This document shows positions 7,963-15,597 of a DNA stretch of 31,228 bases, piece after piece. The stretch is from Candidatus Micrarchaeia archaeon. GTDB taxonomy: Archaea > Micrarchaeota > Micrarchaeia > Anstonellales > Bilamarchaeaceae. The DNA lies in assembly GCA_041666445.1 (NCBI GenBank), contig JBAYGV010000001.1, positions 1 through 31,228 of the forward strand. Direction: 5' to 3'. The position numbers and the translations under genes were made by a program. Position 1 is the stretch's first letter; every line of letters starts with the position of its first letter. The notes under the pieces were generated by a model, which was given only the letters and a program-made list of their open reading frames with translations, was not told where the DNA came from and searched no databases.

Positions 7963-9347
7963 ATGTCACACGCGCTTTTAGATTATTCGCGCATAACGGG
8001 AGGACGTTTTGGAAACGGAACCGTTGGCGCCAAAACAGCCCAACTTGATAAGTGGAAAGTGCATATGAAAGCAGGGTAAGAGCGCTGCCGTTTTCTTCTA
8101 TTTCGATTGATGATTGCCATTCTGCCTATCACGATGGAGAATTTTCATTGGCCCCGGCCCAAAGAAAAATGTACGAGGATATTATTGCGGAATACCAGGG
8201 CAAGTTTGTTGCCATACGGTCTGATGAACGAACAGCACATGGCGTTGGCGCATATTCCACTAGGTTTAGGTACATTGATAGGAACAGGGAGAGCATTCAA
8301 GATGCAGTTAAAACATTGATAGGCATCCTTTCCAATCAATTCAACCCGATTGCAACTGCCTTACGGGAACGGGTCGGTTTTGAAGAAGGAATTGGAATAC
8401 AGATAATGCCTCTGGCAGCCCATCCATTATTGGTGCCCTACCCGGATAGGACAATCCTCCTTCCCCAGGTTTCTCTTGCTGGAACAACCATGAAGGGGAA
8501 AGGTGAAATTATTTATTCTGTTGGGTGGGGGATTGGCGGGGGGGTAGAAAATGCGAGCCACAGCAGATATAGAAACGGAGGCGATTTGGGAGGTTTTGAA
8601 ATGCCAAATGGCGAAGAAAAGATTTGTGTGGTTGAAATAGAAGGACGAGAAGGAGTATATCGCCATGTTAGCCCGATGGGTTTAGCGCATATCGATTACG
8701 TAAATATTGTTGAATCGGCGCAATTTTGGGAAAATTTAGATTTATACGATTCTTTGAGATATGCGCTTGGCTCAATGCTGGAAACAGCCAGGGATGCAGG
8801 CACTGACTTTTATTTTGAACTGCAGCTTACTGATAAAAAAGCAAAGGAATGGACAATAACGCAAATTGCAGAACACACTTGGCCCGTAATTGAAAAACCA
8901 GCAGGAAAGGAATTGTATGTAATTAATGGGACGGATGTAATTGGCAGCGCAGTTGTTCCATTTTCTAGGATTATAGAATCGCGCCCTGGCACCTTGGGAT
9001 TCTGCGATAACCATGATGAACTCAAAACGCTTGCGCCGCAAAACCCCGGGGCATTACTTAGCCTTAGAACAAGCCATGTGACAAAAGAAGCATTCCAGTA
9101 CTTTTCCAAATTGGCGGGGATAGTGCAGAATGGAACACATGCCACTGCATTTGGAAGCCATGTTGCCGGGCTTTACAGATTGGCTGGGATACCAGTTCTT
9201 GGAAAGCTTAGAGCAGTTGGAGAAAATAATAAAAATTCAGAAAATATGGTACTTTGGGCTGACGAAGTGAACCGAGTTGGGGGGTATAGTAGTTCAGGAT
9301 TAAGATTTCTTTACTTTTGGCAAAAGATATCGATAATGCCAGCATAG
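7963..9347 (+). pseudogene. PEP synthase/PPDK-like protein (ATP-grasp plus phospho-His swivel domain), split by an apparent -1 frameshift near 8052-8056
   Basis: ATG 7963 has TTTATAAA at 7931-7938 upstream and opens MSHALLDYSRITGGRFGNGTVGAKTAQLDKW... (GGKxxxL-like motif), stopping at 8079. The 8052 frame continues ESAYESRVRALPFSSI...VAIRSD...IGIQIMPL...GSHVAGLYRLAGIPVL (SHAAIxARExGIP-like His motif). Confidence 0.65.
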
Positions 9348-10118
9348 GAACGCAAGCAAAACGTACATTGCTGAAGACGCCCAACCGAATTCCCCGGTTA
9401 TCATGTTGCTTGCCTCAGTTTGAATGGTCAACGCAGGATAGATGGACTGTATAAAATAGTTCCAGAATCCGTGGAACAATACTGCGGGCCAAATGCTTCC
9501 CGATTTCAGCCTGAGCCATGCCAATACCACTCCGGCTCCGATTACTGAGGGCACAAACATTGCAAGCGAATACCATAGCGGGCCTACCCCATGATAGGTG
9601 CCGAATATTATGATTGGAAGATGCCATGCCATCCAAATGGTGCCGCTAAGCAATGCCAGTTTTGTGAATCCCATGAATTTTGACATTTCGGGCACAAGCA
9701 GGCCGCGCCACCCAATTTCTTCGCCCAAAACTGTGAAAAGGTTGAATGCCAGCATAATTGCAAAAGTCGGAAGGAACGAAAGTGAAAATATCTGCGCTGC
9801 CTTTTCAGCATTGAAATCTCCCAGAAATAGCCAAACCGACCCGAACATTGCCAGGCCTATTGCTATCGGGAGCAAAATGCCGACCAGTTGCCATTTGGTT
9901 TCCCCCCAGCCAAAACCGAATCCCTTGAAGTTTTTCTGGCAATAGAACCGGGTTAGGATTGCGGCAACTGCAGGGCACCACATGAGGGCAACGGTAAACA
10001 GTAGCAAATTGGAAGTGGAAGTTGCAATAAGATAATAAAAGATAGAGCTTAACCCGAATGCAAGAGCCAAAAACAAAACTACTTCCTTCCGGGCCAATTT
10101 TTTGAGGTCAACAGCCAT
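9300..10118 (-). CDS. CPBP (Abi/CAAX-type II) intramembrane metalloprotease
   Basis: Multi-TM protein with GEEIGWRG, WMAWHLP and LFHGFWN motifs. Confidence 0.92.
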   Translation of the reverse strand: MAVDLKKLARKEVVLFLALAFGLSSIFYYLIATSTSNLLLFTVALMWCPAVAAILTRFYCQKNFKGFGFGWGETKWQLVGILLPIAIGLAMFGSVWLFLGDFNAEKAAQIFSLSFLPTFAIMLAFNLFTVLGEEIGWRGLLVPEMSKFMGFTKLALLSGTIWMAWHLPIIIFGTYHGVGPLWYSLAMFVPSVIGAGVVLAWLRLKSGSIWPAVLFHGFWNYFIQSIYPALTIQTEASNMITGEFGWASSAMYVLLAFLCWHYRYLLPKVKKS

Positions 10119-10171
10119 GGAAAGAATGCTAGGAATATGCTTTTTAGGCTATCTTTTATGGCATGAGAACC

Positions 10172-10918
10172 CTAGAACATATCGAGCCTGAAATAATCCA
10201 AAAGTGAAACCCCGGATTTGCTCACTTTGAAATTAAGCTGCCAGCTTTCCACCCCGGAATTTGAAGCGGCCCTTGCTGCATGCTGGATTTTTCGGCTGCC
10301 CTTGTCTGGCTTCGGAGGCTGGAATGGAATTGCATCGTATGGAAAGCATAATAGGATTATTGCCCGCTTTCCTTTTTTCTTTTCATGCACCAGCGCCCCG
10401 AAATGCCTTATCAGGCGCTCGAAACTTGAAAATTTCTTTGGCTTGACCGCAATGTCTGGGCGGTTTTTGTTCGGAACGGCCATCACTATGGTTTTTGCCT
10501 CCAGATAGGTTGGATTCCCGATGGAATTAATTAGCAAGAAATCTATGCGCGATTTTCCGACGGTTACCTCCCGTTTTATTTCCGAAAGCCTGCCAACCAT
10601 CCGCTCCAGCAGCCCTTGCCCGATAAAGAAATCAAGATAATCATTCATTCTTCCCTGGTTTATTCCAATCCAATTTTTCTTTTTAGCTCCGATTTTATCT
10701 AGCGAAATTGCCTCCACCGTATATTTTGTTTTCCGGTCCGTGTTGCTGGCTTTTGAAAGAAGGCAGGGAACATTATTGAAGCGGATCTCGCCTATCCTTC
10801 CGGTTGCAGGGCAATGGCAGCGATGAATGTTGCCTTCGATAGTAACAATCATAATGAAACGGTTTGGGCGGGATTGGATTATCCCTTCGACAAGATTGGA
10901 ATGGAATGGAAATTTCAT
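10172..10918 (-). CDS. sfsA: SfsA DNA/RNA nuclease (sugar fermentation stimulation protein A family)
   Basis: RPNRF, HCPATGRIGE, RKTKYTVEAI, WIGIN, KSRIDFLL and YLEAK (PD-(D/E)xK) motifs. Confidence 0.85.
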   Translation of the reverse strand: MKFPFHSNLVEGIIQSRPNRFIMIVTIEGNIHRCHCPATGRIGEIRFNNVPCLLSKASNTDRKTKYTVEAISLDKIGAKKKNWIGINQGRMNDYLDFFIGQGLLERMVGRLSEIKREVTVGKSRIDFLLINSIGNPTYLEAKTIVMAVPNKNRPDIAVKPKKFSSFERLIRHFGALVHEKKKGKRAIILLCFPYDAIPFQPPKPDKGSRKIQHAARAASNSGVESWQLNFKVSKSGVSLLDYFRLDMF

Positions 10919-10969
10919 AACCCTGTTCTCCCAGTAAAACTTAAATAGAACACGGCTGATAAAGAAGCC

Positions 10970-12178
10970 ATGGGCAAAAAAATAAACAAAAACGTTTTTG
11001 CATTGGGGATAGTAAGCTTTCTTACGGACGTGTCCAGTGAAATGATATTCCCCATACTTCCCCTTTTTTTAAGCACGGTATTGGGGGCGGGGAAGGAGGC
11101 CATCGGGCTTATTGAGGGAGTGGCAGACAGCATCTCAAGCCTTTTTGATATTTTTGTCGGCTATTTTTCAGACAGGAGCGGGAACAGGAAAAAATTCGTT
11201 ATATTTGGTTATGGGCTTTCGGCCGTGCTGAAGGTCGGGCTTGTTTTCGCAACAATCTGGCAGCAGGTATTGGCGATAAGAGGGCTGGAACGGATTGGGA
11301 AAAGCATACGTACCAGCCCAAGGGATGCCATAATTGCCGAATCGAGCACTGAAAAAACAAGGGCGCAGGCATTCGGCTTGCACCGGGCAATGGACACCGC
11401 TGGCGCCGTAGTCGGGCCATTGATTGCCTATTTCGTATTGAAATGGTTCGGGGAAAATGGAGAAGGATACCGAACGGTATTTACCATAGCAACCATCCCT
11501 GCCGTACTGGCAGTAATTGCGATAATCCTATTGGTAAGGGAACCGAAAAAAACCGAAAGCGGGAGAAAAAAGCTGATTGCAAAGCCAAAATTTTGGGAAT
11601 CGCTTAAGATGCTGGATGGAAAATACAAAAAATTCCTGGCAATATCCTGCTTCTTTTCTCTGGCCTATTTCAGCTATGCACTTTTGATTTTGCGGGCAGG
11701 GGACCTAGGCATAGGGCCCGAGTATATCGTACTTATTTATGCCCTGTACAATGTGGTTTACGCACTAATTTCAGTCCCCATTGGCAAGCTGGCAGACAGC
11801 GTTGGAAAAAGGAAAATAATTGGAATTTCATTCGTATTTTACGCGCTGATTTGCATCGGGTTCATATTTGCAAGCCAGTTCTGGCACGTCCTGGCCCTTT
11901 TCGTATTGTATGCGGTTTTTGTTGCCGCAGACGAATCGGTAAACAAGGCGTACATATCGGACATGACAGAACGCAAGATACGGGGGATAGCACTTGGGGC
12001 ATATAACAGCGCAGTCGGAGCAGCCTATCTTCCGGCAAGCATAATATTCGGCGTATTGTGGACTGGATTTGGCGCCCCGGTGGCATTTGGAGCGGCTGCA
12101 ATTGTAGCAATTATTGCAGGAGTAATGATACTGGCTTGGAATAGCCAATCTTCATTTCAAAACCCGAAGCCTGCGTAA
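10970..12178 (+). CDS. MFS transporter
   Basis: VSFLTDVSSEMIFPILPLFL, GYFSDRSGNRKK, ERIGKSIRTSPRDAII, FGLHRAMDTAGAVVGP, GKLADSVGKRK; about 12 TM segments. Confidence 0.93.
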   Translation: MGKKINKNVFALGIVSFLTDVSSEMIFPILPLFLSTVLGAGKEAIGLIEGVADSISSLFDIFVGYFSDRSGNRKKFVIFGYGLSAVLKVGLVFATIWQQVLAIRGLERIGKSIRTSPRDAIIAESSTEKTRAQAFGLHRAMDTAGAVVGPLIAYFVLKWFGENGEGYRTVFTIATIPAVLAVIAIILLVREPKKTESGRKKLIAKPKFWESLKMLDGKYKKFLAISCFFSLAYFSYALLILRAGDLGIGPEYIVLIYALYNVVYALISVPIGKLADSVGKRKIIGISFVFYALICIGFIFASQFWHVLALFVLYAVFVAADESVNKAYISDMTERKIRGIALGAYNSAVGAAYLPASIIFGVLWTGFGAPVAFGAAAIVAIIAGVMILAWNSQSSFQNPKPA

Positions 12179-12217
12179 AGAATAAAAACAGCAACTGGGA
12201 AAAACACTTGTGGTTAA

Positions 12218-12895
12218 ATGAACGACAAACATTATTTGTATGACAGGATAAAACTAGTTTGGATGATGCCTGCAATACTGGCAGTAATAATACTATGGAG
12301 CATAATTTTTTTGGGAACCTATTTTTATGACAGCTTATTCAGGACGGATGCAAATACTGTTCCCTATGGGATTGCCATGACAATAGTCATTCTTTTGGCA
12401 GATTATGTGTTTGTCGAGCTGAAATACATGAATTATTATTATGAATTCAAAGACCAGGGGCTTAGGATATCCCATGGGATACTGGAAAAGAGAATAGACG
12501 AAATACCTTATAGCAAAATCCAGCACGTAAGGGCAGAGAGGACAATATTCGAAAACTTGCTTGGATTGGTCCATATACACGTTGAAATGGCAGGCGTTTC
12601 CCATTCTGAAAGCCAGCCGTCAATCCCGGGGGTCCCAATCGAAGCTTACGAGGAAATGATAGAATTCATAAAAAGCAGGGGAAGCATAGACACTAACAAT
12701 CCTGAAACCTATAGCGTATACTGCCCGCCTACAAAATCCCAGGAAGAGCTCCTGCGCCTAGTTCTGGAAGAGCTGAAAATCATGAATAGGAAACTTTCTG
12801 AAATGGGCAAGGCAAAACACGAAACAAAACAGGAGAAAAAGCCGTTGAAAATGGAGGATACGTTAAGTGAAGAGAATATAAGGACGCATTTGTAG
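12218..12895 (+). CDS. Membrane protein with a bacterial PH domain (bPH_2/DUF304, YdbS-like)
   Basis: Two N-terminal TM segments, then YYYEF...LRISHGILEKRIDEIPYSKIQHVRAERTIFENLLGL. Confidence 0.8.
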   Translation: MNDKHYLYDRIKLVWMMPAILAVIILWSIIFLGTYFYDSLFRTDANTVPYGIAMTIVILLADYVFVELKYMNYYYEFKDQGLRISHGILEKRIDEIPYSKIQHVRAERTIFENLLGLVHIHVEMAGVSHSESQPSIPGVPIEAYEEMIEFIKSRGSIDTNNPETYSVYCPPTKSQEELLRLVLEELKIMNRKLSEMGKAKHETKQEKKPLKMEDTLSEENIRTHL

Positions 12896-12929
12896 GTTTA
12901 CGAAACTACTCAAGCGCATTTATTGCAAT

Positions 12930-13541
12930 TTAGAATCCCAAAACTTCATTTACGAATATAAATACTATTCGTCCGGGGCTTGCTTCCCTATTTACTATTA
13001 GCAGCTTGTTTACCGAACTTCCGATTCCGTAAGCTTTTTTTGCACGTTCGTTTTCAAGAGGAAGCGAGTGCTGGTATACCCTCTCCATCCCTTCTTCAAG
13101 GTTTTTTACTATTTTATGGGTTCCAACAACCCAGATTACTTTCCCGGCGCCATAGGAATAGGCCGGCAGCTGGCTTCCGGATGCGGACGCGGTTATGGCC
13201 TGCCCGTTTTCGGTTATTGCATGCACGCTTCCAACAGCAAACTCGTGTGCAGCACCAAGCCTGCGCATTTCCATCCCCTGCTTGCTTTTGTCCATTGAAG
13301 AGAATTTGTTGCGCACAGAATTGAACTTGCCAGGTTCGTTGAGCTCTTTTGAAAGCCCTAGCTGGTCTAAGGTTGTAGATGACATGGTCATTACTTCGGC
13401 TCCCGCTGGAATTAATTCCAGTACTTTTTTTCTTGCGTCCCCCCTATCCTTAACGAAATAGGAATCAATCCCATTTGCCCTAAGTGCGGACATGACTTTA
13501 TTCACGCGGTTTTCATCGGCCAACTGTTCCCATTTGTCCAT
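12930..13541 (-). CDS. LUD domain protein (lactate utilisation LutB/C-like, DUF162)
   Basis: AVGSVHAITENG, ASASGSQL, AGKVIWVVGTHKIVKNLEEGMER. Confidence 0.85.
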   Translation of the reverse strand: MDKWEQLADENRVNKVMSALRANGIDSYFVKDRGDARKKVLELIPAGAEVMTMSSTTLDQLGLSKELNEPGKFNSVRNKFSSMDKSKQGMEMRRLGAAHEFAVGSVHAITENGQAITASASGSQLPAYSYGAGKVIWVVGTHKIVKNLEEGMERVYQHSLPLENERAKKAYGIGSSVNKLLIVNREASPGRIVFIFVNEVLGF

Positions 13542-13566
13542 TTTATCACCTCAATTGGATTGTACC

Positions 13567-13944
13567 TTACGGCTTAAGCGTCCCAATTTGGTAATCGGGA
13601 AGCAGCGAGCTTGCGTAATCAGAATGCGGCTCGCCCTTGTTGCCCTTGCTATAGAATGCCAAGGTTGCGTCTTTGCCACAATACGGCAGGTATGCGCTCC
13701 CGCCAGGATGGCTTGAAAAATCGCTTAGATCAAGAACTTTCCCGTTTATAACCATCCAACAGTTTCCTGCCTGGTCATGCTTTGCTATTTCATCCATTGC
13801 AAATATAGTATTTTTAGTGGCTGGGATTGGAACCGCAGCTTCTCCAGACGGGCTGGCAGCATTTAGGTTGGCCTGGGTATTTCCGATGCACCCTGCCAAT
13901 ATGAATCCGAACAGGGCCAACGCTAAGAAAAATGTTTTTTTCAT
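13567..13944 (-). CDS. Cytochrome b5-like heme-binding lipoprotein
   Basis: Lipobox LAGC; EIAKHDQAGNCWMVINGKVLDLSDFSSHPGG; CGKDATLAF; second His in PHSDYA. Confidence 0.88.
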   Translation of the reverse strand: MKKTFFLALALFGFILAGCIGNTQANLNAASPSGEAAVPIPATKNTIFAMDEIAKHDQAGNCWMVINGKVLDLSDFSSHPGGSAYLPYCGKDATLAFYSKGNKGEPHSDYASSLLPDYQIGTLKP

Positions 13945-14005
13945 GAACGGGTTATGGCGTTACTGATTAATAAATTTTTGTTTGAAGAGTGAAAAACAGT
14001 AAGAA

Positions 14006-14042
14006 TTAAGTATATCCTATCCGAGCGTTAACTGGGATTATT
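14006..14042 (+). promoter_or_regulatory. Promoter motif copy 1: TTAAGTAT-N7-CCGAGCGTT-AACTGGGAT
   Basis: The same boxes recur with the same spacing at 18223-18259; both copies begin 37 nt before an ATG. Confidence 0.65.
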
Positions 14043-14351
14043 ATGGGAGCCATTGAAGACGCAGTAGGAAATATTTTCAACAGGACAAAGGATACCCTGT
14101 CCTATAAGGCAGGGGATGTAGCCGCGAGCACGGTCATAGGCGGAGTAAGCAAGGGCGTGGGCAAGATAACTGGTGCCAAGGAAACCGTGAAAAAACTAGT
14201 AAAATGCCCGAAATGCGGGGCAAAACTGGAACCGGATGCAAAATTCTGCCCGGAATGCGGCTACAAGCTGATTGTAGTTTGTGCAAAATGCAACGTTGAA
14301 TATCCGGTTGGAACAAAATTCTGCAAGCAATGCGGAGAAGCATTAAAGTAG
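14043..14351 (+). CDS. Double zinc ribbon (DZR) protein
   Basis: CPKC...FCPECG...CAKC...FCKQCG: four CxxC pairs. Confidence 0.9.
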   Translation: MGAIEDAVGNIFNRTKDTLSYKAGDVAASTVIGGVSKGVGKITGAKETVKKLVKCPKCGAKLEPDAKFCPECGYKLIVVCAKCNVEYPVGTKFCKQCGEALK

Positions 14352-14367
14352 GGTCCCGGTGCTTTGC

Positions 14368-15588
14368 ATGGGATTTAATTTTGATATTGAAACAGGACGC
14401 ATTGACCTGACCGCCATAGGTTCTAATGGATACATAGTGAGGAAAAATAGTAAAATCCCCATTCCTTCGGCTGAAATTGAAAACAAGCTGATGGAAGAAT
14501 TCCAAAAAACCAAAGACCCGAAAAAGCTTGAAAAATTCAAGGAAGACCGCCCGAAATTGATGGATGGAGACGCCGTAGTTTGCGGGAAAGACACATCCGT
14601 ATCAATTTACAATAGCTATAACAGGGGAAAGGACAAGCCCGTTGATGATTATAAATTCAGGGCTTCAAAGCGCATTGACCTGACCCCCGGCAGCGAAGTG
14701 AAAGTTAGCGGCATTGAACGGTGGGACAAGACGGATGCAAAAACAAAGGAACGGCATCACGGCGAACTGATAACGGATATAGAACTGAAAAAAGGCTTTT
14801 TTTCCGTGGCCTATTCCCATACGGAAGATGCGCTCGTAACCCCTGTAGCATCAATAAAGTTCCTTTTTGACGGCTCAGGATATTTTGATGTGTACGAAGA
14901 TGCGGTCTACAGCGCCCCCATTGCTTCAACTTCCATTGGCGCGGGCGGAACGGAATACACAAATCGGCTGACCAAAAAATCGTTCGTTGCAAAATCCAGC
15001 ACATTTGAGGAGATAATAATAACTCGGGATGGGATTTACAGGAGAGGATTAACGCAAATGGACGATATTTTCATTAATCCAATACAGCTGTCCATATTCT
15101 TTCAAAACAACATGCGCAAAATGATCCCAACCGGCGCAATTGATGCAAAGGCAATGGCTGAACAATATAAAAACATGCCAAAAACCATGGAGCAGGCGCT
15201 TGGGGGGCTCGAAATGATGAAAAATATGTCGCCTGCAGATTTGGAGCGCATGATGGCGATGGGCGGGCAGAAAATTACTCCTGAAATGGCCGAAAAGATT
15301 AAGGAACTTCCAGAAATGCTCAAGATGATGGAAATGCGGGGCACCACGAAAGAGATGACAAAGGCAATGGCCATGGGCAAGGGAATGATGGAAGGATTTG
15401 GAAGCGAAGGTGCGGAACGGCTTGCAAAGGCGCAGATAAAGGGGCTTGAAATGATGAAGAAACAGGCAGCGCAACCGATGCAGGCCACCACTGCCGATGG
15501 CAAGTCCATAGATGTTGAATCATTTTTCAACTCGCCAAGAAAATACAAGCCGCTGACAAAAGAATCGGGAGCGGTAAAGGTCGCCTAG
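14368..15588 (+). CDS. Hypothetical protein: N-terminal FecR-like beta domain and Met-rich helical C-terminus
   Basis: LMDGDAVVCGKDTSVSI...IDLTPGSEVKV...IELKKGFFSV...VTPVASI fits the FecR pattern. The C-terminal third is very Met-rich (e.g. MMKNMSPADLERMMAM). No signal peptide or TM segment seen. Confidence 0.6.
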   Translation: MGFNFDIETGRIDLTAIGSNGYIVRKNSKIPIPSAEIENKLMEEFQKTKDPKKLEKFKEDRPKLMDGDAVVCGKDTSVSIYNSYNRGKDKPVDDYKFRASKRIDLTPGSEVKVSGIERWDKTDAKTKERHHGELITDIELKKGFFSVAYSHTEDALVTPVASIKFLFDGSGYFDVYEDAVYSAPIASTSIGAGGTEYTNRLTKKSFVAKSSTFEEIIITRDGIYRRGLTQMDDIFINPIQLSIFFQNNMRKMIPTGAIDAKAMAEQYKNMPKTMEQALGGLEMMKNMSPADLERMMAMGGQKITPEMAEKIKELPEMLKMMEMRGTTKEMTKAMAMGKGMMEGFGSEGAERLAKAQIKGLEMMKKQAAQPMQATTADGKSIDVESFFNSPRKYKPLTKESGAVKVA

Positions 15589-15597
15589 TGATTTCTG

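Noticed and set aside
8040-8080. Programmed -1 ribosomal frameshift in the PPDK-like gene (likewise at 18430-18450 in hdeD)
   Set aside because: No in-frame X-XXY-YYZ slippery heptamer or obvious stimulatory structure; a single-base deletion explains both sites more simply.
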